NCBI RefSeq assembly: GCF_006345805.1
Contig: NC_042999.1
Location: 138,880,001 to 138,944,000, forward strand
Length of the DNA stretch: 64,000 nucleotides
Direction of reading: 5' to 3'
From: Octopus sinensis
Taxonomy: Eukaryota
The position numbers and the translations under genes are program-made. This document shows, piece by piece, positions 22,960-35,545 of this stretch; positions within the stretch are counted from its first letter, which is position 1, and every line of letters starts with the position of its first letter. Under the pieces are notes generated by a model, which was given only the letters and a program-made list of their open reading frames with translations, was not told where the DNA came from and did not search any database.

Positions 22960-25296
22960 ACCAACGTTATGTATGTATGTATGTATGTAAACATATGCCA
23001 CTATTTTCTTGGTGCCGAACGATGTCTACTGGGTGACCTCTTCAACAAGGTCACACTCCCGAATATTTTCGTAGAGTAAACACACGACTTGGGCCTCCTT
23101 GAATGGCATGATAACAGCATCTTTACCGTGTGATAATCACAACAAGGATAAAATACAGTTACCCCCCACTATTCCTCAATCGCTTTGAATTAGCAGCCAA
23201 ATCACACAGTCATTCGCGCCAAGTTTTAGATTCAAGGATATCTTCCTTCTTTTCCTCCCATTCTGGGAAGCCTTCCTGGCTAATCATTAAAAAAGAAAAA
23301 GTAAAAACACAAACAAACAAAGACAAAAAACAAAACAAAACACACTTCTCTCCACAAATGTGTGGCCTTGTTCCTAAATTAAAGATCATTACTTAGAAGT
23401 ACGGAGGCGGGGTACGGCAGTATTTAGGTGATGTCGTGTTGCTTTCTTTCTGAGTTCAATTCTTGCCAAAATCAACTTTAACTTTCAATCCTAAGATAAA
23501 TACCAGTCAATAAAATAAAATATGTATTTAATAACTGAATGTTCCAGAACGGTGTTTACGGAACCCTTTAGTTGTTTTCAACCTAAAGATGAATGAAAGT
23601 TACCAGTTGGTTTGCAGTACCTCTTTTTTTAAAAATTAAAACAAGTGTGAGATTAGTTTTCAGTCATTTTGTATACGTCTATAGGATTTTGACAAAAGGT
23701 ATTTTGCTTCATTTTTATTGTTAGAACATTTTTGGTCGATATGGCAATGTAAATGAAATATTGCCAGAAAATAACAAAAAGGAATGCCCTCAACACTTTT
23801 GAATGCCAATATTACAATGTTCTTTGAGGAATCTAGGTTATTCGTACGTTAACATGCTAGCTTGCTAGCTACTCACAAATTTCATAAAAATGTCTTGTTT
23901 CTCCAACAGCAAAAGAGAGAGAAAAAAAGGATGATACACGAAACAATTTGATGATACAGATGACACTCTCCCACTCACACTGTGGATTTTGTGGGATGAG
24001 AAGAGGTATGAATCACATTAAGGTTGAAAATAAACTGTTTTAACTAACAATGATTAACTATTGTTAAAAGAAAGCCTGACAAGAATTAACTTTCGTTATT
24101 TCTAGGAATGTAACACAAAGTCTTTCACCGCAACAGTTTTCAAAGATAAATGATTTCTAACAGAGACACAAGGCCGCACATAATTGGTGGTGGTGGTGGT
24201 GTGGGCGAAGGGGGAAGGGGAAAATTGGATTTACACTAGTATTTGACTGAATTTACTGCGTTTTGTCTCATCAATGAATAAATACAATATTTTTCATACA
24301 ATTAGCAGAAATTCATAATCCGACATCTGAATTATCGTGCGACCTTTACTTGAAAGCTAAAAATGCAGGTATACTATAGCTATACTTGTAATATAAACAA
24401 TTACGCAAATTCCGTCGAAGTTGACTTTGCTTTTCATCCTTTTACGAACCAACGAAAGAAGCTTTATGTGGTCTTTCGTTCTGCTAAAAATAGCAGCTAA
24501 ATCTCAAATCATGCATCCTTATCTTAAAAAGAAGGAAACATTAAACAATCTCGTCCTTGATATCAAAATGGTAGGCCGCTCACGACTGGAACGATTTTGA
24601 TCGCAGGTTTTTCTTGTTCAGAGTTGACTGCTAAACAACAACCTGAAATATGTATTCCTATAACGTCGAGTCTGATCATCGATCCATACACCCCAGAACC
24701 ACCTCCATTTTAAGCATCACTTTAGATCTATGCAAAAATAAGGTCCAAGCAGTTAGCGGAGTAACTTCTTGAGCACTTGACTTAATTTTCATCCTTTTGT
24801 CACTGTAGACATTACGTTTCCACGGTAGACATTACGAGCTTTAATGTTTAGGAAATATGGCTGACTTTTTCGTTCGCATCAAGCCCTTTAAAAAAAAAAA
24901 AAATCAAATTTAATGTCCAGTGTATTCCTTTTGCAGTTCCTTTTCATATTGTTGTTTTCATTTCCGCTTGTTGGTTTCTTTCTAGACATCTTGAATTTAT
25001 AAGTAAATCCAACAGTAGCAGCAATCAATAATTATCCACAACAAATATGTAGTAAAAAAGAACACCAAGAAAGAACTGTTTTGTGAGAGAAAAATGTTGC
25101 TCTTATTCTTAGAGATATTGCGAAGGTAAAGGAGTGGAGTGGGAGAAAGAACTGTGTGATTATAGGTAGTTGAAAGAGTAACCCGGCTCATAGGCACATC
25201 TTCCCTTGCGTCTCTGACTTGAGGCACAAAAACGTCACACTTTACTTCTGTCTACCTGTCAATATGTTTGTCTGTCTGTCTGGCTGTCTCTCCCTC

Positions 25297-25348
<52 letters not shown>

Positions 25349-26232
25349 ACATACACACCGCTGGGTTAACATACAAAATATGCAGTTATAGATATTGCAA
25401 CCATGCTCATACTATTGTAACTGTTGCCAGTTGGTTATTCAAAAGTTGGCGGGTTGGTAGTGATGGTGGTGATTGTTGTATTGGCTTTGATGTTGATGAT
25501 GGTGTGGGGTTTTGTTGGTGTTAATCGTATTGTTGTTGATGTTTCGTCTCAAATCATTCCTCACTGACCTAAATTCAAAGACTCTTCATTCAACTTTCAA
25601 AATACACTAGGGAACCACATTATCTCATGTGATTATCTCTTATTTAAGATGGAATTGCTTATCTTGTTCATACAGTTGTTGCTGTTGTTGGTTATTAAGG
25701 GGTTGGTAATATGGTTGCATTAGTTTTGATGTTGATGGTGGTTATGTTGGTGCTGATGGCAAATAGTGGTGGTGAAGATGCATATGTATGTATGCCATTA
25801 TTCAGTTTTATTTCAAGGTTTCTTGTCAATAGAGAAAGAACTGGTTTCTAACCTAGATCCAAGGCTCCTTCACTGGAATTTCAACAATTTCAACAGGATA
25901 TTTTTGTCTGTATGCATATATATGTGCAGATTTGTGTATTGTTTTATGTATGTATTCTCATGCATTATAGTTGCATGTCTAAACATGCTCATATATACTT
26001 AAATGATAAACTTCTGGAAGGTTTTACTGATGTATGTATGTATGTATGTATGTATGTATGTATGTATGTTTGTATGTATGTATGCATGTTTGTATGTATG
26101 TATGTATGTGCGTGCCTGTGAGCGCATATCTATATACATGGGTGAGTCGAACAACGAAAAAAAGACTTTCAACTCTTTTAGCAAGAGTTATATATATTAT
26201 TTTTAAAGCAGTTTGATTCGGCTCCATACTAC

Positions 26233-26341
26233 TTAAAGTTTCGTAGGCTTCTTACGGAAACCCAGCTCATCGGACTCTGTTAACCTGAATCCAGCTGAGC
26301 CCTGCGAGCTAGCCATCTGTAAGAAGCCTTCGAAGCTTTAA
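26233..26341. mobile_element. 109-bp foldback/MITE-like element bounded by TTAA
   Basis: 26-bp arms 26233-26258 and 26316-26341 with 3 mismatches, both ending in TTAA. Confidence 0.6.
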
Positions 26342-26344
26342 ATC

Positions 26345-26510
26345 GAGCCATGAGGGCCGGTTTTCTGGTTTCAATGACGTATATATTCCAAACCTGGAGG
26401 AGACGCCGGTCCGTCGCAGAATTATTAATTTTTGACAGCTAAGTGAACTGGAGCAACGTGTAATGAAGTGTTTTGTTCAAGAATACAACGCGTCAAGAAC
26501 ACAACGTACC
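26345..26510 (-). mobile_element. SINE fragment related to the family C body
   Basis: ttttgacagctaagtgaactggagcaacgtgtaatgaagtgttttgttcaagaatacaac matches the reverse of the family C head at 53330-53390. Confidence 0.6.
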
Positions 26511-26599
26511 GGACAAACGGGACGCCGCTTGGCTGAGCGGTCTGAGTATTCGGATTGTCCTTGTACAGGGACCATCCGGACTCCCGTTTGCGCCGTGAA

Positions 26600-27180
26600 C
26601 AAGGATTAATCTTCTCTCTTCGCTCCTTTGAGCCATATGGGCTCAACTCTCCTCCCCACTTCATCTAACCTCCTCTCCTCTTCCTCTCACATCTACTTCC
26701 CCCACCCACCTCTCCTCTCTTGCTCCGACTCCTACTTCTTCTCTTCACTCCTACTCTCCTTCTCTCTTCTCTTCACTCCTACCCAACTTCTCACTTATCT
26801 CTCTCCCTTCATCGTCACCTCTCCCTCGTAACCCTACCCCACACAATCCAACTCCACCTTCCCTATCCATCCAATCACACCCCACCCGATCCCTTACACC
26901 CACCCCCACATACCCAACTTCTACCACCACCCTCAGCCTACCCGCATACCCCACCTCTACCGCCACACTCAGCCTAACCCACACCCCACCCTTGCTTTCC
27001 CCACTCTCACCTCCCCACATCCCAACACCATCCACCACACTACACACCACTACACCATACACCACCATACCACACAACACCACATTACATCATATCACAT
27101 CACCTCACACCATCACGTACACACTAGCACTCACCACTTCCCAGCCACACATCTACACACCTAAACATATACACACACAT
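26600..27180. repeat. G-poor low-complexity C/T then C/A-rich tract (G-rich on the minus strand)
   Basis: Very few G on the plus strand; internal 36-bp repeat cataccc..ctctacc.cca..ctcagccta. Confidence 0.85.
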
Positions 27181-27433
27181 CAAGACTATTGAAAAGGTTG
27201 CAAGACGCAATGAAATTTTAGGAAAATAAAAATAAGAAATAAGTGGAAATTTTACCGGTGAGTGTGTTAAATTATAAGGCACAAAAAGAAAATGACTCTC
27301 CCCAGACAGAATATATACAGCCGAAATTGCGAGGATGATCCGGTTCTTGACTGAAGATTGAAGGCTTCGAATGTCCCATCCGTGTTTTTTGTATCGTCTT
27401 CTAGATGTTTTGCGTTCTTGTCCCAGTTTGTAA

Positions 27434-27515
<82 letters not shown>

Positions 27516-27639
27516 CTATAACGACAGATGACAAGCGAAAGCGCAGACACGAGGCTATGTAAAATATATAGTTAATCCAAACATGAACAAAGAGAAAACA
27601 CAACAGCGCGAGGACGTGGAACAAGTATAGTGTTATTAG

Positions 27640-27830
27640 ATGCTCAGGAAAGGAAAGAAAGAAGGAGGATTTAACGTTTCGAGCGGAGCTCTTCGTCAGA
27701 AACATAGAAAAAGGAAAGGTCCAAGGAAGGGAAGACAGAGAAAGAAAATCGCCACCGATACACACGCGGTCACATATTGAAATGACCACAAAGGGTGAAG
27801 AAAAAGTTCTTTCAAAGACAGGAGAATGCA
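27640..27830 (-). mobile_element. PLE-like terminal-repeat fragment
   Basis: Pyrimidine-rich (minus strand) flank around a hammerhead core; resembles the 3395 family. Confidence 0.55.
27669..27703 (-). ncRNA. Minimal type-I hammerhead ribozyme (PLE type)
   Basis: GUUU-CUGACGA-A-GAGC ucc GCUC-GAAAC-GUU-AAAU: canonical core, 4-bp stem I with one G-U, ACGU palindrome. Confidence 0.72.
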
Positions 27831-28146
27831 AGAGAAGGAGGTATGTGTGTGAATGTGTGGATATGTGCGTGCGCGCAGGTCTGTGTGTGTATGTGTGTGT
27901 GTGTGGTTGTAGCTGTTTATCTATGTGTGTGGTTGGGCTTAGTATCGTTTAAGGTCATAGAAAGAATTTATAGTAAGAATTTTGGTAGGAGTGGCTGCCT
28001 GTTGTGTGTCTACCTACACATGTGCGTAGGAGAATGGTCAGTAGAAGGTACTGGTAATTTGAAGTATGTGTGTGTGCGTGTATGTAGATGTAGTGTGTGT
28101 GTGTGTGTGTGTGTTTTGTTTGCAATATATATATACATATATATAC

Positions 28147-28305
28147 ACGATGGGCTTCTTTCAGTTTCCGTCTACGAAATCCACTCACAATGCTTTGGTC
28201 GGCCCATGACTATAGTAGAAGACACTTGCTCAAGGTGCCACGCAGCAGAACTGAACCCAGAACCATGTGGTTAGGAAGCAAGCTACTTACCACACAGCCA
28301 CACCT
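28147..28305 (-). mobile_element. SINE family A, 5' half
   Basis: Head to gaagcccatcg, then microsatellite. Confidence 0.85.
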
Positions 28306-28499
28306 GTGGATATCTACACAGTATCAGCCGAGGAAAAGATATACAAGCACTTGTGTTCACCCCCACCCAGCACACTCATATGTATATATATATATATTAT
28401 GTATGATAATTGCAATTTTCAGATTAACTACTTTTATCTTACCGAGAAGCAGCCTTTTCGCTAAGAAGAAAGAATACTTTACAAATGCTTAAAATTTAT

Positions 28500-28618
28500 C
28501 CGAGTATTCGTAAGAGCGAAATTTCCGACCCTGTCCTGAAATAAGAGATCAAACTTTGCAAATTCCGTAAGTGCGAAATTTCGTAACCTGAGGTAGTCGT
28601 AACGCGGGTATGTTTGTA
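28500..28618 (+). mobile_element. Possible Tigger/pogo-type MITE 3' end
   Basis: cgtaagtgcgaaatttcgtaacctgaggtagtcgtaacgcgggtatgtttgTA resembles the Tigger-like terminus ...gtaacccgaggtaccactgTA. Confidence 0.4.
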
Positions 28619-28655
28619 TTCACTGTTTCTAACCACAAATTTTGCCTGTTGGGAT

Positions 28656-28798
28656 CTATTCAATTTGACGGCCAGATTTTTTAATTATATATTTTTTTTA
28701 ACTAACACTTTCAAACTTCGGATACTGGTAGAATGTATCATTGGCACTTATCAAACACGAATTTGGCCGTTGTCGCTCTAACTTCAGCCTATTATTAA

Positions 28799-28864
<66 letters not shown>

Positions 28865-29119
28865 AGATATATAGAATGAACCCGGAAGTTGTTGTTCGCA
28901 AACAGCAGCAATAATTTTCTTCAGCTGAATACAGGTCATTGATTGGTTAAAATTACCCAAATACGACAACTTTAACACGAAATAACTTCTAAAATACAAA
29001 ATTTTGTCAAAAACGTTAAGAGTAAACCCTGTTCTATGTGACACATCCTACCACTATCCGAAGTTTCAAAGAGTTTAATTTAAAAAATAATAAAAAAATT
29101 TGGCCGTCAAATTGAATAG
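28656..29119. mobile_element. MITE-like element with ~80-bp imperfect terminal inverted repeats
   Basis: ctattcaatttgacggcca...aaacttcggatactggtagaatgt versus acatcctaccactatccgaagttt...tggccgtcaaattgaatag. Confidence 0.7.
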
Positions 29120-29209
29120 TTCGCTATGTTGTTTCCCTCTTACGCATACGAACCTTCTCTCTCTTACTCACTCTCTCTTTCTCTGTATGCATGTATGTAT
29201 GTTAAGTGT

Positions 29210-29263
<54 letters not shown>

Positions 29264-30719
29264 ATGTACGTGCGTGCGAGTGCACGTCAAAAGATCAGCG
29301 TTTAAACCTGCTGTTTATAGCACGTATACGAAGGCACATACACGCACTTACTAAAGCATTCACGCACGCACATACAGTCACATTACATCCATAAAATTTG
29401 CTTCTTTTCCAAAACTTTTACTCGAGATCCTCGTTTCTTATCTGTTGGCTCTTTTCCTTATCTCCCCAACTCCACTACTTTAGTTTTTAATTTTCCATCC
29501 AAACAAAATTTCGTCTCTTCCTTCATTCAGACAGTTGATCATATTTTTCCACCATCACTCACTAAAGTACCAAACTGTCATAGCAACTACAACCGAGGCG
29601 ACCAACCAGCCATCCAACCAGTCACTAAATTAACTGTACGTTCCACAACCACTTATTCAACATATCGAGTTACGACCCTCTCTCTCTCTTACATCTCAGC
29701 ATACACCCCAAATTTTAAACTCCTACTTTCTAAGTCAGCTTCTGCCATCTCAGTAGGGAGGGCTACCTTAAGACAACAATTTCTTCTACAGTAGCATTTC
29801 CGTATAACAACATTTTAACTAATTATTTACCCGCGAACGGAGAGCTACCTCATAACGTTAATGAAATCTATTCATACCAGAAAAAAATAAATGAGAGAAA
29901 CATTACAGCAATGTGATGTGATGTGATGATAATATAGCTTGATGGCGAAGAGATAGTTTTAATTCTGAGATACTGATAATTAAAATAAAAGTATTTGATG
30001 ACTCAAAATAACAGTCATATTCTCTTCAAATCACGACCTGTAATCTGGAGTCGGAGATTTACAAAAAGATGGAGTGGTCACAGCTGAAAAGCCTTCAATT
30101 ACACGTCAATTCAACCAGGGCTGACCTTGAGTTAAAGAAAAATAACATTTAAATAACACATAAATAATATGCATACACTGCTCAGAATCAGAAATATCTG
30201 TCTATCTATCAGACAGATTATGTATAAAACCAACGGTCAAAATGAAATTCTGGCAAGAATGTTTATATATCTGTAATAAAGGGATAGCATCATTCACCAA
30301 CGTCACTCCACACTGAAGATGAGACCATGACGGTCTAGAGACTTTACTGACGGCTTGGCAACTGTTCCAATTAAGCTGTAGGAAAACTTATTTCTTTAGG
30401 TGGGCACTTGAACAATCAGGGACTTCTAAATATCACACTGGTATATAGAGTGTTTTTGCATATGTACACATACATACGTATGTATGTATGTATGTATGTA
30501 TGTATGTATGTATGTATGTATGTATGTATGTATGTATGTATGTATATTATCTATCTATCTATCTATCTATATAAAATCTTGAAGAGTGTTTTTTTATTAT
30601 TAAGTTTGTGCTGTCGACAGATCAAGTGTACATTACAACACGTATGTCTCACAATTAGACACCGTTTCAATTGGTTAATCCCACCGTACCATAAATGCTG
30701 TGATTAAAACAATCATACC

Positions 30720-31480
30720 ATCCAGAATATGGCAAGCTCTATTCAACAAAGTATAAAGGTAACCATCCACTCTCCGTCTAAACACCCCAACAAAAGACTA
30801 TCGATTTTAGATACTGAACAATGGATTGAAATTATAAGTGGCAAAAAACAACTACTCGACTCGAATTACATGAAACCTAAGGCCACAAAGCACTTAATCT
30901 TCGAGAGCTCTGCAATGTATACCAATGCAAAAAACAACTTGATAGCTAATCTATTAAGGATAATGAGAAATGTATCTCGAATGTGTCCATCTTGCGAACA
31001 AGGTTTTATCCATTGCATGCGATTTTCTGGATATAACTAAGAAGAGCTAATCAGAATGTGTAGAAAAACACTCCTCTACCAAAGTTTGAAACTATAATCA
31101 GCAGTATTTCAAAGTGTGCCGGAGCCAATTCGGGAACAAGATGGGAAGGAAAAAAAAAATGGAACTTGACTAGAAAAGCTCTAGGTATGACATCAACAAA
31201 TTTCAAGAGATGACATTCATCAATGCTTCGTACAGAGATGAAAAATCTTACAAAGTTAAAAAAGCACTACACGAAACAAACTTTAAAAATCATAGTAGTA
31301 TAAAAAAAAATCACTGCCAGACACATCAAATTACTAAAGAAAAAAACCTTCCACTAAAACAACTGTTGAATATGCACAACCTGCCCACAGATACATTGCA
31401 AAGAAGAAATGCAGTGTACTATATGCCCTTAGAAGGGCATCTCACAACCACAACATATATAGGTCATAGACCTGCAGTAT
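30720..31480 (+). mobile_element. Possible decayed Penelope-like RT-thumb relic
   Basis: DSNYMKPKATKHLIFESSAMYTNAKNNLIANLLRIMRNVS resembles PLE TDIYxKPTxTxxYLxFxSxHPxxxKxNIxxxLxxRIxxIVS. Confidence 0.35.
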
Positions 31481-32193
31481 AGGTGGTAGGATCAAAGAAC
31501 TGCGTTTACAGGCATTAGTATGAGTCTTCCAATATATAACAATATCGGTTTCAACATATTCAGATAAACATTCAGGTAACATAAAAATGCTATGTATGTG
31601 TGTGTGTATTCATTTATTATTTTGATTTATAAACAATAAAACAACAAGAGTAAAGAAACAACTTTGTGCTTAATGAAAACAAACGAAGGCTGTACGTGTG
31701 ACTATATATACTTTCCAAAAAATTTTGGCCTTTGGTCTTCGCCCTGCACCGGACACACATAAAAAATTTACAGAGGAAATCAGACATACACGCACACACA
31801 TACATAGACATAGACATACACAGATATTTATGCTCCATCTTGGTTCAAATAGTGTATATATCTCTTTAAATACTCACACATACATACGGAGTTATGGAAG
31901 ATTAGTAATCCTAAATGAGCTCATACTATTGAAAGTAAGGTGATAGATATATTGAAATGGCGGCCATCAACGTGTCTCCTCGTATCACTCATACAGAATA
32001 TGAAATTAATATAAACGCTATGTCTCTGATCGTGTGCACATAAAGCGTTGGTTCTGGCGATAAATTTTCCAGTAGTTTGAACAAACGAGCTTGTTATTCA
32101 CTATATGTCACGCTGATGTTGCCTAATAATTACATCAAAGTACAAATGAATATTTCCACTATGATTCCATGAGCAAGCAGCATCGTTAGTATA

Positions 32194-32384
32194 TACTCTT
32201 ACTCTTTTACTTGTTTCAGTCATTTGACTGTGGCCATGCTAGAGCACTGCATTTAGTCGAGCAAATCGACCCCAGGACTTATTCTTTTGCCGAACCACTA
32301 GATTACGGTGACGTAAACACACCACCATCGGTTGTCAAGCGATGTTGGGGGGACAAATACACACACACACACACACACACACAC

Positions 32385-32444
<60 letters not shown>

Positions 32445-32609
32445 CGACGGGCGTCTTTTAACTTTCCGTCTACCAAATCCACTCACAAGGCTTTGGTCGA
32501 CCCGAGGCTATAGTAGAAGAGACTTGCCCAAGGTGCCACGCAGTGGGACTGAACCCGGAACCATGTGATTGGCTAACAAGCTACTTACCACACAGCCACT
32601 CCTACGCCT
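32194..32609 (-). mobile_element. SINE family A, near full length
   Basis: Complete head and tail, with a small internal deletion. Confidence 0.92.
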
Positions 32610-33249
32610 ATATATATATATATAATACTAGCAGAATATATATGTATGTGTGTGTGTGTCTATGTGTGTGCATGTGCGTGTGCGCATACGTGTGTGCACG
32701 CGCGCGTACATATATACACACAACCAACAATACCTTCACTATATCATTGACACTAACTATGCCATCATTGCTATCATCAACACCAATTACACAACTGTTT
32801 CCGTTACAACAAGCAAACAAGGACACCATTAAAAACAGTGAGGAAGCCTCTAGGCGGTTCCTCAACAACTAGAAAAGCAGCTAAATCTTCATTAAATTAC
32901 ACCTAACGCCACCAAATGAGTTCGTTTTGAGTCATAGATATATTTTGTGTGAATTAAAGAAGGTATGAGCAAGGCTGGAGTGCTTTTGACCATGCATTTG
33001 TTCGATCAGTGCTGGCCGGGTGGCTAAACAGCTACAATAGAAATATCTTTCTGCTAATCACCCGGCCAATAGAAAATATGAACTGATGAAGAAGCAAGTA
33101 CATATCTATCAATCTGATAGATATAGCAGCCATATCTCTACATCAAACATCACTATCCCTACCGTTCAATATTTAAGAGATGAGGAATTATGTACATTAT
33201 TTACATTATTTACATTTGACGGATATTTGTCCTCATCTTGTTTGTTGTT

Positions 33250-33295
33250 AACACAACGTTTCGGCTGATATACCCTCCAGCCTTCTTCAGGTGTT
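33250..33295 (-). ncRNA. Minimal type-I hammerhead ribozyme (PLE type)
   Basis: AACAC-CUGAAGA-A-GGCUG gagggtatat CAGCC-GAAAC-GUU-GUGUU: perfect 5-bp stems I and II, ACGU palindrome, GUU triplet. Confidence 0.8.
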
Positions 33296-33350
33296 TTGGG
33301 GGAAATTTCGAACCTGGGTTCTCATTCCTAAGGTATTCTTCGTTGTAGTT

Positions 33351-33410
33351 GTTCGAACTCGGAATCATGGGGTTAGTAGCCCACGCTTTTAACCACTACG
33401 CCATATGCCC
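33351..33410 (-). mobile_element. tRNA-derived SINE head captured inside the PLE cassette
   Basis: Reverse complement ggcatatggcgtagtggttaaaagcgtgggctactaaccccatgattccgagttcgaac (A and B boxes). Confidence 0.7.
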
Positions 33411-34479
33411 GTGGGCATATGACTGAAGAAGGCTGGAGGGTATATTAGCCGAAACGTTGTGTTAACAACAAACAAGATGAGGACAAATATCCGTCGAATG
33501 TAAATAATGCAAATAATGTATCACTATCCCTATTTAGAATTTATATAATAGTGCAAGAGAAAACAAGTACGAAAAAAGAAAGACGGAAGAGTCATAGCTG
33601 TAACAGCAAGGCTGATCGAGGGTCAAATAATAACAACAGCAACAACAACAATATCAACAACATTAGGAGCAAAGCAACATAAAATATCAAGTGTTTCAGA
33701 TGAGAAACCTCCAGATATTGTGTTGGTGATGTGTGAGTGTTCGGTCAATGTCACATCGATATCATTGATTAATTCCACTGATCTACATTGACCAAATCAT
33801 TTAGATAGCTTTGACTATATACGATGTGCAGTATGCGATGATGGAGAGTCATATAACTAAATCTTGTTAATATATATCGTGAAACCTTCAAACATGCTGT
33901 TCACCTTTTTATTATCCCAAAGGAATAAGAACATCCAAATAACCAGCTTTCTGAAGACGTGAAGCCAAGACGTGCTATGACTATGTAAACCTTAATTCTA
34001 TGCTTTATTAATACCTTTGTTATTATATATTCCACGATCAAAAGCGTTTCAGCCATAACCATCATGTATGTAGGAGTATGCAGGACTGCATTATCCAATG
34101 TATTAATTCTGCATCTAAGACGGGCTGGTGTGGTTTGACAAAGATTTTGCTGCTATTTCTAGCAGGTAGAGCGACCACCATGTCGAAGTTTCTTCTATCG
34201 TAAATCTTGATTGATTATATGTTTAACAAAATCCTATCCGTTTGAAATGATGTGCATGCCAGAGAAGGGGCTAAATGGCAATTCTTAAAGTAAATAAATA
34301 AACATTTCCTGATTAGTGAACTTTTCAGAATTGCCAGTTCTCGGAATGTTTTTGGCTCAAAGTAAACAAAAATCGAAAGCTTCTCGGCTTATCATAAAGT
34401 TTATATACAAAGCGGTCGTTCAAAATACATAAATCAAGGCTTTTCAGGATCAGTTTCTGTGATGTATGTGTATGCGTGG

Positions 34480-34600
34480 GTTGTATGTATGTATGTATGT
34501 ATGTATGTATGTATGTATGTATGTATGTATGTATGTATGTATGTATGTATGTATGTATGTATGTATGTATGTATGTATGTATGTATGTATGTATGTGTAT
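34480..34600. repeat. (ATGT)n microsatellite
   Basis: Direct reading. Confidence 0.95.
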
Positions 34601-34711
34601 ATATATATATATTCCTGTAGTCATGCATGCATACATGTATGTGTGCATATGTGTGTGTATGCATGCACACATACATGTGCATATATGTGAACATATATTC
34701 AGGTTACATTA

Positions 34712-35136
34712 CTCTCTCTTTTACTCTTTTACTTGTTTCAGTCATTTGACTGTGGCCATGCTGGAGCATCGCCTCTTAGTCGAGCAAATCGACCCCAGGA
34801 CTTATTCTTTGTTAGCCGAATACTTATTCTATCAGCCTCTTTTGCCGAACCGCTAAGTTACGGGGACATAAACACACCAGCATCGGTTGTCAAGCGATGT
34901 TGGGGAGACAAACACAGACACACAAACACAAACACACACACACACACATACATATAAGTGTATAGATATGTGCGGCGGGCTTCTTTCAATTTCCGTCTAC
35001 CAAATCCACTCAGAAAGATTTGGTCGGCCCGAGGCTATAGTAGAAGACACTTGCCCAAGGTGCCACGCAGTGGGACTGAATCCGGAACCATGTGGTTCGT
35101 AAGCAAGCTACTTACCACACAGCCACTCCTACGCCT
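34712..35136 (-). mobile_element. SINE family A, full length
   Basis: Complete; shares a private linker with 48297-48712. Confidence 0.92.
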
Positions 35137-35545
35137 ATTCTTAAAGTTTCGAAATTTTACAGACTTAACTATTTTGGTCTGGAATCGTGTATTAAAAATG
35201 AAGTAAGCAATTTAGTTTTGCTTCTCTAATAAACGAATGGTAAAAGCACAAACATTCTCACATGTATAATATATGAGCCTATGAATCCTGCTGTGTTTTC
35301 TGAATTTCCCTTCGGTTTTATTTACCCCAAAGAAGAACTCTATCCGAAACGTTGGATCATCCACTCCCCACGGCAACTTCACTGTAGCCTTCCTCATTAC
35401 AATTTCCCCAAAATACAAGTCTTGTTACCACCAGTCTCATTGGATTCTGATTTATCTGATATACGTATATACATGTGTACACACACACACATACACCACC
35501 ACCATCATCATCATCATCATCTATATATATATATATATATTTATT

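Larger units (their letters stand above)
33162..33519. mobile_element. PLE-derived insertion with 98-bp inverted arms, a tRNA-like insert and a 13-bp target-site duplication
   Basis: ATCACTATCCCTA at 33149-33161 and 33520-33532; arms 33193-33290 and 33423-33520 differ at 3 positions. Confidence 0.85.

Noticed and set aside
33423-33470. Right-arm hammerhead as a complete ribozyme
   Set aside because: The 5' strand of stem I is missing because the arm starts at CUGA
35328-35360. ccgaaacgttgg hammerhead-like half
   Set aside because: No CUGANGA or stem II upstream
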